Shown here piece by piece: positions 20,708 through 33,623 of a stretch of 64,000 nt of DNA (within the stretch, counting starts at the first letter, position 1; each line of letters opens with the position of its first letter). This DNA comes from Macrostomum lignano (taxonomy: Eukaryota), in NCBI GenBank assembly GCA_002269645.1, contig NIVC01003517.1, positions 62,001 through 126,000 of the forward strand, read 5' to 3'. The notes beneath the pieces were generated by a model. That model was not told the origin of the DNA. It made no database searches and saw only the letters and a program-made list of their open reading frames with translations. Position numbers and translations under genes: made by a program.

Positions 20708-21690
20708 CTCAGAAGTTTTTTACGAGAGTTTTAAACTCCAACGGCATACAAAAGCGATTCGCTTGAAGACATTGTCGCTAGTAATTAATCTTCTTCGCCG
20801 TCAATGCGGATACCGTGTGCACTGCCAACATATCCTTGAACTACCCAGCAACGGAGTTGATCATATTAGTTTATGCACCATCCTCACCAATGCCTATAAG
20901 CTGGCCATTGCTGCTATTTCAATCCTATTTGTGATTTAAATCTCGTCGATGACCATGTTTCATTCAGTTCAAGGCAGCCTTCGCTGTCAAGGCCAGCGAA
21001 AATCCAACTCTTTATGGACCTCAGCGGACGATCGGACGGGAGACAGGTGGGATCTCAAAACTTCAGCTGGAACTTATGAACAAATTTGGACAAAAAAATC
21101 AAATCAACCTGAACCAACTAGAAGCCTCTAAAGTCAAGTTTACTTGAAATACGTAATTTTTACAATAGTTACTTCACTATAATATCACATTCTACTCACT
21201 CTCATGCTTATTTGTTCGATAGTATTTGTGGTCGATAATTTGATCTTAACCAACAAATGAGAGGACAGCTTCTATAAGATCTGGAACAGCTGATGTCAAC
21301 TGTTAAAGAATTAAATGAAGAAAAGTAGAAATACAACCAATTGGTTATTTGTTAAATTAAATGGTTAAAATAAAATTTTTTATTCATTATGCCCGATCAA
21401 TTCTTTCCTGGGAAGAGCCGCAGTACCGAACGCTTATTTCTATCTAGCTAAGATTCAAGTTATTTTTTAATGAATACACCTGGAATAATTATTTATCAGT
21501 ACCCAAAATCTGCGTAACATGAGCATGTAGCAAAAGTAACGCATTCTGATAGGTCAGTTGTACCTATTCTTCTAGGTAGCCTTGGTGTTCTCATTAAGGG
21601 ATAGCTCTCATTAAAGCGTTTTAGTACTCTTAACGAGTCTGCATTTGTTGCAAAGTTTTCAAACATTTAATACGAATTATTAACCCTCCA

Positions 21691-21875
21691 TGTTGTGTAT
21701 GTGTGCATATGCATGTGTGTGACACTGAAGCTTGGGCTATACTCGTATGAATATTACTGTCTATGGTATAAATACACGTGACGGCCTAGAGAGACGGCCA
21801 CGCCCTCTGAGCTTTATTTTCATCAGACCGCGCGCTATAGAAGATATAACCCTCTCGGCTTCGCGATATATAACA
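21691..21875. mobile_element. Solo LTR (185 bp)
   Basis: TGTT...AACA termini and a 5-bp TSD CTCCA (21686-21690, 21876-21880). The homologous copy 1 flank (~4205) has a single CTCCA. Confidence 0.75.
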
Positions 21876-22224
21876 CTCCATACGCCAGAGCTATAGAGAG
21901 CAGTACAGTGCCTTGCTGAGACTTTTGAGTCGATAGCAATTTTTCCTCAGACTTACCTAAAAAACGGGATTTTTTAATCCAGATGAAATTTTAAGAGCGT
22001 CTGCTAGATATCTGATTGCGCCCGCCCGCCAGTTTTCATAATCTGGTCGGATCTGAAAGTCCCATATTATTGCAGTAAATATGACCCCAAGCTGCTGCTA
22101 GAATACTCTCCAACTCTTGTCACACTTCAACATGTACCTAAGAAATTTGCATATAGTTGACCCTGATTCACTGATGTCATTTCGACAGTCAGATTCCATC
22201 ACCCTATTTGTTGCATTTTGATCA

Positions 22225-22576
22225 CACTGCGGTGACACTGCTGTCTCACTGTGGAAACTCTGCATGCTGTCTCACTGCGGTAACTCTGCTGTCTCACTGC
22301 GGTAACTCTGCATGCTGTCTCACTGCGGTAACTCTGCTGTCTCACTGCGGTAACTCTGCTGTCTCACTGCGGTAACTCTGCATGCTGTCTCACTGCGGTA
22401 ACTCTGCTGTCTCACTGCGGTAACTCTGCTGTCTCACTGCGGTAACTCTGCTGTCTCACTGCGGTAACTCTGCTGTCTCACTGCGGTAACTCTGCTGTCT
22501 CACTGCGGTAACTCTGCTGTCTCAATGCGGTAACTCTGCTGTCTCACTAACTCTGCTGTCTCACTGCGGTAACTCT
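22225..22576. repeat. 22-bp minisatellite, about 15 units, paralogous to 4537-5408
   Basis: Same unit as 4537-5408, plus a 26-bp variant carrying an extra CATG. The flanks are homologous to the first array. Confidence 0.96.
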
Positions 22577-23570
22577 TGAAATAAAAGTTGAAATAAAAAC
22601 TTTAATAGTCGGGCTTCCAGTACACGGTACCAGTTACTACGAGCAAAAGGTTTTACTTTTACTATTTTCAGTTACTACTTTCTATTTCAAATTTTCATCT
22701 TTCAAATATTTTTAAAGGTCATTTTCAGAACCTGGTGATAGGGAATAAATGAGTGAATTAATGCTTTAGTAGAAAAAACTACTCATGTCAGACTGCTGTC
22801 ACCGTTTAGTCTATCGGACTCTTGGCCGTTTTTGGCCTTTTTCAAGCCTCAAAATGACTGCCAGCTGTTTGAGAGAACTACCAAATTAGGAATTACATCC
22901 AGAAAACATAAATATATATAACCTATTAACTACTAACTAAGCAGTCGTGTATTGAACGGTAACAAAAGTCCCATGAGTAAAAAAACATAGCAGTAAGAAA
23001 TTACGAGAGATGAACTATATCTGGATACAAACAGACGGTTACCTAATTGTTAACGGACGACAGACATGCACATTTTAAAAGTACTTTCCTCTCTCCACAC
23101 GCATAAATATTTTTCCTGTTGAGCTGCGTCCAAAAGCATCTTGCTCACTTCTCGCAGTTGGTGGCGATAGGAAGGCGTAAAAAGAGAACAAAATTATCGC
23201 CATTTATTGTTGGCCCTCTGCAACGCAGTCAATTGTTTGTTTGTTAAATAAACAGAAACAGAACATTTTAAACGATACAGTGAGCCAAGAGTGAAGTATG
23301 CAGCAATAAACAGTCGCTCGCAGAACTTCGCCTTTGATACATCTAAACTCCTTACTTTTCTTCTAAAAAACGGTAGCAACCTGTGGTTTCAACTAGACAT
23401 GTCTCTTATGCAGCTGCTCACTGTCTAAAACTCAGTTGTACCGCAAGTGCTCATTCAAATCTAACGAAAAACACATGACAAAGAGAAACATAGAAAAAAA
23501 AAGTTTTTCACCTTAACTTCTGCATCGCGCTACACGCGCAAACCAGTTGTCTGCAGAAAAACAAAGCCAA

Positions 23571-26500
23571 CTACAAGTCCCTCACAAGTAACTCTGAAAA
23601 CTCGGACGAGACGCGCCGTTCGACGCCCTCCGCTCCCTGCAGAGCCCGCGCCGCCTGCTCCGCTCCGAAGACCTCAGACGGAACCCGCGGTCGGCTGCAG
23701 TCGCTCGGGTACCGACAGTCGTCCACCATGGCGCCCGCCAGGTCGGCAACGTGACCGGCCAGGCTGCTCTGCAGGTCGCTGCTCGAGACGCAGCTCAGAT
23801 GCTGGCTCAGCTGGTGGCTGCGCTCGATGGGCTGACCCTGTCTCAGCAGCAACGCCTTCAGTGCCTTCTCGGTAGCCTGCCAGCTGATGTAGCAGACCCA
23901 GTTGTACTCTCCGGCCTCAGCCAATCGCGCAGCCGAGCGCAGGTCGTGCCGCGCCGTCTTCAGGTACCTCGCAGCATCGTCAGGCGACGGTTTGGCAAAG
24001 TTTGCGCCGCCTGAACTGCAGTAATAACTGCCAGACCGGCCAGGGTAGCGGAAAGCGCCGCCGCTACCGCCGGCACCGCTGCTCCAGCCTCCTCCTCCGT
24101 AGCTTCTTGATCGCATGGTGACGACAACTTCCTCTGCGATGCGAATCTGCCGGTACCTGGTAACCCGAGCTGTCTGCTCTCGCCATCCACCAATGCACTG
24201 ATCGAACTGTCGGGTCCATCCATGATTAGCAGCGCGCGTTCGCACCTGGTTTAATGACTCATCCGAGTTCGAGTAGTGAGCCAGTATGCGCTGAAAAATC
24301 TGGCGCTGCTGCTCGGTCGGCAGAGAAGCTGCGCTGCTCAGCAGATGATCCACCGTTGTTGCAATGTCCTCACCATTATTTTGGTTAGCTTGGGCGAAAG
24401 ACCGCTCTTCAAAGGAGAACAGCGCAGACATTGAAACACGTAATTTCGAACCTTCACCGATTTTAATAGTAAACTCGCTAGTCCACGGGTTATCGCTGCC
24501 ACCAGGATGTCTTTCCACTACCCGAGCGTAAACAAGTCTTCCTTCGTCATTTCTGTAAGCCACAATTTGGTTCACAATGTCCCTTGGTCTATCTGGCAGT
24601 TGCTTCAGTAGACACTGCTCAAACTCCGGTACAGGTTCACCGAGCACTGAGTCATCGGTTGCGCTTGGCTCTGTAAACTGCTGCTCACTGGTCTGGTGCA
24701 GTGCAATTCCTAGTCCGCGCAGAACGGCCAGCATGCTGTCTGGACTGTCCATAAGAAGCACCTGAATCAAATAACTTTTCTGCTCTGGAAAAATGTTGAC
24801 ACCGTAATTCAAAATCTGCATTATAATTTTGATAAAGTCCATCTGCCACAGCTGCCTTCGGTCACCGCTCATCTCGTCCGGAATCGTAGAGTGATTCATG
24901 AGAATCCGCTGCCCATCCAGAAAGAAGTTCTTGTCCTGTTCCGAGTCCTGCTGCTCGACACCATCCAGAAGCAGGCACGTACGCAACTCGGAAAGACATA
25001 CAACCGAGAAGTGAGATATCAGAGATTTCACTGCAGCCAGTCGCTCGTCTCCTTTGCCAGAAAGATCCTTGTTGCCATGCAGCATGATGCTTACGATGCA
25101 CAGGTGCAGCGCTGGGTGGCTCAACTTAGCTTGCAGACCGAGTAGGGACTCACAGCGCTCACCATCGCTGCACAACTTATTTGTGTCTGAAAGCAGCCTC
25201 TCGCTTACGTTGTCGCTCAGTTTCTTCAGGCCCATGTCGGCTGCGAGATGAAAGTACAGCCTCTGAAGCTTGTCAGTGCCCAGCTTGCAGAAGCTCAGAT
25301 CAAGGAACTGTACTTCCTGCGCGTCCACCAATCGATTGTTGTGCACCTCTGAGTCGTTGATGGTCAGACACCTGCAGTCTACCAGTTCGAAAGCGGCTTC
25401 CGTGCTGCTGTCTTGATGCTGACTTCTTTTAGGCAGGAAGAGCACTCTGTCGGACTGGAACTGGAGCCTGCCGCCCCGCTCCAGCAGCACTATGATACTC
25501 GATAGACAGTGCGACACTGACTTCAGCTGCTCTGCACGAAGCGAGCCTTGTTGCTCATTCTGAATCAATTCCAATCCAAGTCGAAGTTGCTCGATTGTGG
25601 CAGACTCTGTAGCTCCAAGTTTTGCAAACAGCTTGCGGAACTGTGAAAATTCTTGAGGACACTCGTAGATGTAAGGCAGAATAGCAGAATTTTTATCGTG
25701 AGTAGTTCTGTTGGCTGATATAAAAAATGATTTATCGTCCTCACGTTCGATTAGCACAAACGGAATGTCTTTCAGAAATAGAATTGACTGAACTGCTGCA
25801 GAATACATAATGGTACTCAGCCTTGAGTACACAGAATGCATGACATAGCTTCTCAGTGTTGCAACTTCGCCTCGAAGATCAGCTGACGTGAAGGTCGCTG
25901 CAGAGAAAAGGTTGACAACGTGGCGCAGAAAAATGGCATCAGAAACTGGCATCGGTGAGTTTGCAAAGCAGCTGCCCTGGCCAACACAGCTCGGTCCGTA
26001 GGGCATGGCAGTCCAGCACAGGAAGCGAGCCTCGAACAGGGCGCACTGGGACAGACTCGCCATTCGAATTCGATCGCTCTGGCAAAGGCTCTGAAGAGCG
26101 CCGTCGCTGTTGGCTACAATAAATTGAATTCCTGCCAGTTGTCGGACTACATGTTCGGTTATCTCTTTGCGGAATTTATAGCTGTCGATAAACTTGAGCA
26201 GAGCTTCCGATTTCTTAGATAATTCATCTGTGATACCACTGGCTCCTTCTGTTTGCAGCTCACTGGCGAAGCTGATGGCAATCGCGGCTGTGCATTCCAA
26301 GATCAGACCGGAAAATTTCATCAGCGTTCTCCATCGCTCTTCATTGTACGGCGTTGGCAAGAAGCATTGTGGCTGAAGAAACTTTTTGAAAATTTCAACA
26401 TAGCCATCATAAAACGTGTTGACGCTCCGCCATTGCCCGTCAAACGGAATGAGTTTGGCTGTGCTGAGAGACTGACTGAGCATTTGGAACTTGTTAGGGT

Positions 26501-28338
26501 CCTCCACTTGAACTCTTTCGAACTTCCAGCTCAGCTTGAGAAGTTTTTCGAGATGCTTTTTTCGAGTGTCGTCGGTGAACTTGGAGAACACTGGCAGGAT
26601 AAACCTCGCATAAACCTCAAGCTCTGCCATCTCGTCGCATTGAAGCTTTGCGTACAGCATCGTGAGAGACCGGTTTGCCTTCAAGAAGACGGCCCGGCTG
26701 GAGCTCTTCCACTCGTCCATCTCGTCGGCCACGAGCGATGCCGGCAAGATGCAAGCCTGATCGGAGTTAGGAGCGCAGCAGCGACCGTCAGAAGTGACAA
26801 ACACCGGTAATTGACGCACTCTTGCAAGGAGATTCTGCTCTCCCATTCTCTTACTTAGCTCTCCCCAGTTGCTCTGAATGTACACCAAAAAGCTCACAGC
26901 CTGCTTCTCAGTGGTCACAGATCTCTCAGAGTTCTCATTTAGAGCGAACTCCATCACTCTCAGCATGGACTCGGGCTGTCTGACGTTACCACATAGACTG
27001 CTGACCAGCTTCAAGCCCATCATGCTGAGCGAAGGAGCGTTGAGTTGCTGCAGAGACTCCTCAACTGCTTTGCTGCAGTCATCGAGACCGTCTTTGATTG
27101 GCTCATAAATACAGGGCGCTAGTGAGAGGCTTGCAAAGCGAGACTGGCTGACAGGAATCAGGTGTGCACAGCTCAGTCCGGCAGTGGATAGATTTTGCAT
27201 TCTTGCATTCTTATTAGTGCATTTGTTGTCCAGAAACTCCCACACTCGATTCAACCATTGTTCGAGAAACTCAGCTTCCATTCCAAACTCTGAATATGGT
27301 AAAAAGGCAGTGTCAGTCCTGCAGATTGCGGCATGCTCCCTGTGCAGAAGAGTGCAAAGATCCATCAGCTGAAACTTTTTGCACAACTGTTTCTGGATTA
27401 AATTGTTTTTCTTATTTTGATCGAGCTGAAACAAAATTTTCTTGTGCACAAACTCGTGCTTTGCTTCGCTGTGTGAAAACAAGTCGTGGAATTGAGTGAG
27501 AAACAGAGGTGTCCGTCCATTGTCAAACTCAGAGAGTCGGTTTCCGGCTCCTAAGTTCAGGGGCACTCCGATGAGATGCTGCACTTCGTCTTGCAATTCA
27601 TCAAGCAGATATTTGAGCAGGCTTACAACGGCCTCTGGTGTTTGAAATGATGACGTGCTCACATCACTCGGCAACGAATCTCGAAGTTGCTTGCACGCTG
27701 GACCCCTGAGAAATGCGCAAATTGACACAGCATCAGCTACAGGGCTGAACTCCAGCTGGCTCGACTCAAGCGACTGACGAAGGCCTACATGATCCGGGAC
27801 CATGATGGGAAATCGCAGTTTACTCAGGATGTTCTGAAGAAACGCGGTCAAATTGTACGGAGTCAGGAATGCAGCACTACCGCTGACATCACCTGAGCTC
27901 TGTGCTAGCGGCAGCCACTTCAGCTGCTTTTCAAGTACAGAGTGCACAGGGAAGATGGCCCATCGAAATCGAAAGGCGTTTTGGAAGACAAGCTTTGCAA
28001 GCTGGCCCCACAGCGTCTGATTGCTTGCGTGGTACTCTGGAAGAAGGCTGTAGAAGTGGTGTACGTTCTGCACATTCGGATAAACTGTTTTTGCTGCTTC
28101 GAGTAGACTGCCATAGCAGTCAGGCAGAAGCTGTGTGGCCAGCACTTGGTTCCATTGCTCCTTGACATCCACAGCTCCATCCGCCTTCCACAGAGATCTG
28201 CGCGATGGGTCCAGAATGAAGTGACCGTTCACGTGTACAGGAAGTGCAGTCGTCACAGGCAATGGCAGCAGACAGTAGACGTGACCTTCAACCCTGCATG
28301 TTTCAGTCATGGAAATGGGAGCAGCGACTCCGGTCTTT
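23571..28338 (-). pseudogene. SACS: Sacsin-like copy 2, 3' half, including J-like region and HEPN
   Basis: Open 1579-aa frame collinear with copy 1. It is cut at the LLP|KTGVAA codons by the CMC element. The stop codon TGA is replaced by TTA, adding LLVRDL. Confidence 0.92.
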
Positions 28339-29014
28339 CCCTAGGGACCCAAAATGGACAAATAATGCATTTTCAGAATCTAATGACAAAATAGTGCATT
28401 CTTGGTGCATTATATGTACGTGCATTTTTAATGCATTTTTAGTAAAAGTTCTATCTACACTATTTAACAAAATAAGCATGAATTTAGTTCAAGATTGGCT
28501 TTATTGCGCATCTGTGTATTTATAAATTATACTTCCGTTGCTAACTTTGAAGAACAAATAATAAAACGTGGTGCGATAAAAATGCATTATTTTCTGTAAC
28601 AATTATCAAATTACAAATGCATTTTTTATATCCAGCCGTAGCGAATTAGACCATCACAAATTGAAATTAAAATGGCGGTCTAATTGCGTGCTGGATTATT
28701 TTGTTGCTCGAAGCGAAATTCGTAATTAAATTTCTATTTCAGGTTCTTATCTAGCAAACAAACTTACATTCGTACGCAAAAATTGGGTCGCTTTTGTTAT
28801 TTCTCTATAACATAGCTTGTTCAATCGATTTTGATTGTCGAAATAAAAGCTTTGTTTTCTTCACTATTTTATGACATCCTCTCAACAATTTAATTGCATT
28901 AATCAATCTGGTGTGACAATTATTCCAATTTCTAATTATTCCAATTCAGTTAATATATTATTATTATAGGTTTGAATTTATTGACTTCAGACACTAAGAG
29001 TTGGTGGATCTTGA

Positions 29015-32000
29015 ATGGATCTTGCGGCTGGTTCAAGTAGGCGCTCTTCGAATAGAGTAGTGAAACCAGTGCAACGATTGGCAAATTCTGCTGCGTCATT
29101 TTATGATTCGAAGTACCTACTATTCTTCATTCGAAAGACAAGAACTTATCATAACTTTTCCCGTGGCAGTCTTGCACTTAGCCATAATGAGCCTGATGTG
29201 AAATTCATTTTTGTAAGTAATTTTTTGCTTACTTACTAGGCCCAGGCCTAATCCTAGTAATTGTTACAAATGCTATTGCATATTGTATACAAAATTCTGC
29301 AGGATTTGAAAAAATAAATAAATTGCTTGAGTGCATATGGCTTAAAATGAATGTAGTTTTGTGTGCCTAACTATCAAATATCTATTAACTCCTACAAATA
29401 TATTTATTAGGGCCTAAAGTTAAATGAAGCTAAATAGTTTTTTATATTGTTTTACTAGTAGGCTGGGCTTCTATAGCCATATGCCTAGTTTAGGCCATGT
29501 AGGGAGTAGGCCCTGATGCCCAACTATAGAACTAGTTAGGTATTTTTTAGTGAATTAGGCTTATTCTAAGATTTCATCTTTTTATAGTTTTAGTAATACT
29601 AGGCCAAGGCTGTTTAATTTGCAAAAGACTACTTTTTAGTGCTTGAAATAGGCTGTTTAGTTGCTATCAATGTTAGAGTATGATTAGCTAACTCATGCAT
29701 AAAGAACTATGGTTGGTTTGGCTAGCTTTCCTTTCTTTTCTATATGTTCTCTATTCTAAGTATAGAGAGAATATATTGGGCTGTTAGGAAAATTCTGTCC
29801 GTTTTGACTAAAATATGTTGGAGCGAGTTTTTATAGGAATGCAGCAGTGTTACTCAGTAAAATAATTGCCATCGCAATCGATGACCCTCTGCCAACGAGA
29901 GGGCAGACTTTGGATGCCAGCTCTGTAGAAATCCTTGGGCTGTGATTCAAAAAAGTTAGTAATGCAGTCCTTGACCCCTTTGTCATCTTCAAACGTTTTC
30001 TCTTTCAGATGATGGTGCAGCGCTCGAAAAAGATGGTAGTCTGTAGGGGCCAGATCGGGGCTGTACGGTGGGTGGGGCAGCACTTCCCAGCCCAGATCCA
30101 GCAGCTTTTGTCGGGTCAAATTGGCGGTGTGCGGCCGAGCGTTGTCATGAAGGAAGCGAACATGCTGACGCCCTGGACGCTGTGTGTGGAGGCAGTCGGC
30201 CACATTCTGCAGCTGGTTACAGTAGAGCTCGGCGGTGATGCTGGTGTTGGGCGGCAGCAGCTCGAAGTATACAACTCCTTCACTGTCCTACCAACAGCAG
30301 AGCATCACCTTCTTAGGGTGCAGTGGGGCCTTTGGCTCTGGCTGTGGCGGTTTGCCGGCATCAACCCACTGGCGCTTGCGGTGTATATTAACGTACATCA
30401 CCCACTTCTCATCGCCAGTGAGTATTGAGGCCAGCCAGTCTGTTGTTCTCTTGTAGGAGAGCAGTGAGGTGCAAATGTCTGCTCGGCTTTGACGGTCCCT
30501 GTCAGTCAGGTCATGGGGGTCCACTGTCCGAGCTTGCTTTTCTTGCCCATGGCAGCCAGGTGTTCAGCGACTTGCACATGGGAGCACCCAAGAGTGGCTG
30601 CCAGCTCTCGTGTAGTCTGGTGCGGATTGGCCTCCACAAGTGTCCGCAGCAGCTCAGTGTCTATCTCAGATGGGCGTCCAGGGCGAGGTTCGTCAGCAAG
30701 GCTGTAGTCGCCGCTGCGAAAGCGATCAAACCAACGACGGGCTGTGCGGTCAGAGACAGCATCCTGGCCAAATGCACTGCACAGGCGTCGAGTCGATTCG
30801 GCTGCTGTAATACCTGCTAGAAAATCATATAGCATGCACTGCCTTAGAGCGATGCTGTTTAATTCAAAATTTCTGGCCATAATTGGGCGCTGAAAAGCAA
30901 ATGACTTGGTTAGAATGACCACAACTCTGGCTGTATATGCATACACAAGTATTGGATCCAACACAGCTTCATGATCCTCTGCATAGAAAAATAAAAAACG
31001 GACAGAACTTTCCTAACAACCCAATAGAATTTTGGCCATTTTTAAATGTCTTATTGTCTATTTTTTTAATATATATTTTGTATAATGTATTCATTTTCAA
31101 ACTTGACTGCCTTCATTGATTTTTATAACATTTTATATAGTGGTCTCAGTATGTTTATATATCTATTTATCTATGAGCTATTTTATTCCTATGCTAAGCC
31201 TAAGGTGTTCAATTCATAGGAAGGTCTATTTGCTGATAAGGTAGGCCCTATATTCTATCCAATAGCAAGTTTACTATTTGAACTATTGTCCAGTGCTTTA
31301 GTTTTCTATTTTAATATTTCTTATACTTTTAGTTTTCCTAGTATTTTAATAGGCTATATTTGCCAACTCTATTAAGCTATCTAAAGTTTTATTTTAGTTA
31401 AGTTTGTCTATTTTTCCAATGGATTTATTCTCTTTAGCTTGTCTATCTTTCTAAAGGACTCTTTTGTTTAGTTTGTCTAACTTTCTAATAGGCTATATCT
31501 ATTTTGTTAACTATTCTAAAAAGAATTTTCTATTTAGTTTGTTTATAATTCTTAATTAAAAAATTAATTTGGTCTAATATTAGCTCAAAATCTAATAATG
31601 AATCACATTTTTATTTTAGGGTGAGGACTACCCACTTGCTCTCAAGGATGGCATTTTCAATGGCATGTTCATTGCAGCTGAACCATGGTCAAAAATGATC
31701 TACCTTGAGAAGGAGCTTGATGCATTCATAACTGAAAACAAGGAGAACTCCGAGCTCTCTGATCATGTCCAGTCTCATATGAAAGTCTTCATGAGACAAC
31801 AAGAAGACTCAAGTGATGAAGATGCAGGTGATATTGACGATTCGGATGATGATGAGACCTGGCAGCCTACTCCGCCTCCTACTCAGGTTTCTTTTGTAAG
31901 CCCAAGTCCAGTTTCGACACCTACAGCTGCTCATTCTCGTGCTAGGAAGCAATCTCAAGGCAGTCTAGCAAACAAGCGGCCAAGGACAGCTGGTACTCAT

Positions 32001-33163
32001 GTTGAAGACAGACACCAAAATTCTGAGGCATCATTGGCTTTAATTGCAAGTGAGGAACAGCGTGCCTTACCACCGGAACTACTTCCTCAAGTTCTTCAGG
32101 CTCATGAATCAGCAAAGGCAGCAAGTGCAAACGATCCCACAAATTCCAAGCCTCTCACACTGGCTGAATTTCAGGAAGGAATGGGTAAGGTTTAATTATT
32201 TCTTTCTTGTGCTTTTGTTTTTATGCTTTATTCTCATTATCTCAGTGTAATACAACTTTTTTACTCACAAATCCTGCATTTCGTGCTGCTTATGTAATCA
32301 CTATCAGTATAGTACAAATGTGAAACACCAAATGTTTCAGACAGTTTGAAGCGGTTCATCGCTCACAAACTGAGGAAGATTCGCACTTCATCATCCAGCT
32401 TGCATCAAATGGTATCAGCTGATTTCCTTAAGGAGGTAGGTTTCTCAGTTTCTGTGCAAATTAATTTACTTTCTTTACTAACCATTTACTATAAAATTAT
32501 TATATGCTTTACTTTGCCATTTTACTTTACTGTTTTTCTTATTTTTCGCTCTTCTTCATGTGGCTTGACGTTTTCACATTTCACTGACATTTATCATGAC
32601 ATAATCCAAACAATCGGTCCTGAGTACCAATTTTCTTTGTACTTTTTCGTAGGAATTTGAAGGCCACGATGGGCGAGTTTGCAATTTCTCAGATCTGCCT
32701 CGTACAACGACGTCGAAGTTCATCAGGGCATATGCTTCTGCGAGGTATGGCGTCGAGTATGTGCAATCGCATGTTTTCGGAGAGTACAAAGGCACGACAC
32801 AAAGGCCAAAGGCTCCAGGAGAAGTGCAAGACCATCTTAAGAGTAAGCGATACAATTTCTTTGCAACTGAATGTTTTTTGGCAACTGACTTAGTATTGTG
32901 GGCATTAGATGGATGCAGGTCATTCTATATAGTCTTTTAAAGCTAAAAATTCAAACTGGCTCACTGTAGCCATTCCATTGTTGGAAAATGTTTGTGTGAA
33001 TTTGCTGCTACTATAAAATCTTTCTTAAAAAAAACTAGGCATTCTGAACAAGGCCTTCAATATCCCGAGGGATCAAACGGTTTCTGCGTGGACAGCCGTC
33101 AAAGACTCTCTGAATCGACTTGGTCCAGAGTCAACCTTCCGCAAGCGAAAGGCCGGTGATTAG
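29015..33163 (+). CDS. Five-exon accessory gene of the CMC element (390 aa) with an acidic/Ser-Pro region and a C-terminal BEN-like domain
   Basis: Predicted exons are 29015-29212, 31620-32184, 32341-32435, 32653-32842 and 33039-33163. All introns are GT-AG with compatible phases 0,1,0,1, giving 1173 nt open to TAG. The BEN assignment is by-eye similarity (YGVEYVQSHVFG..RPKAPGEVQDHLKSIL..WTAVKDSLNRL). Confidence 0.75.
29776..31024 (-). mobile_element. mariner (DD34D) element nested in intron 1 of the CMC accessory gene
   Basis: 30-bp TIRs TTGGG(C/T)TGTTAGGAAA(A/G)TTCTGTCCGTTTT, TA TSDs, length 1249 bp. Confidence 0.95.
29850..30880 (-). pseudogene. mariner transposase with one frameshift and one nonsense codon
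   Basis: Motifs: HTH (TARRWFDRFRSGD..L.DEPRPGRP), W-PHDL (frameshift in a C run at ~30515), TGDEKW, KKVMLCCW* (TAG at ~30288), HDNARPH and HPPYSPDLAPTDYHLF. Confidence 0.93.
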
Positions 33164-33623
33164 ACTGACGGCTAAACGTGTGTCGCAATATTTTAACTGA
33201 AGATGCAATCACCCAACTGCCATTCGACATGTAACAAACTATAACGTTTTTGAACTGAATCGATCCCTATTTTACGTTATCTGCGCTAAAGTCAAACTCT
33301 TACTCTGTAGTGTTTTTTTAATATAAAATGAAGCGACTACCTTAATTATTTTTTTAGAATAATAACTGTTGCGTTTGAAAAGTGTTGGCACTCTTTGTAT
33401 GGGTAGTTAGGATACCCTTAATGATTTCCGTAGTCGTTCAAAATGTATATATGTGGAAGAATCTAAACTCCTTCAACTTTAACGCCACCGAGCTAATTTA
33501 TTCCACTTCATTTCATATTTATCGATAGATGATGGTGCACATTCTTATTTCGATGGCACGGGTACGTAATTTTCTCCAAACTTTTCAGTCTATCCTAACA
33601 CTCGTAGAACTGAAGTTGAAATT

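Noticed and set aside
20780-20930. Possible hAT transposase relic on the minus strand (IGIGEDGA*TNM..VAG*FKDM)
   Set aside because: Too short and too degenerate to support by eye.
28335-28345. piggyBac assignment for the CCCT-ended element
   Set aside because: There is no TTAA TSD and the transposase motifs are CMC-type.
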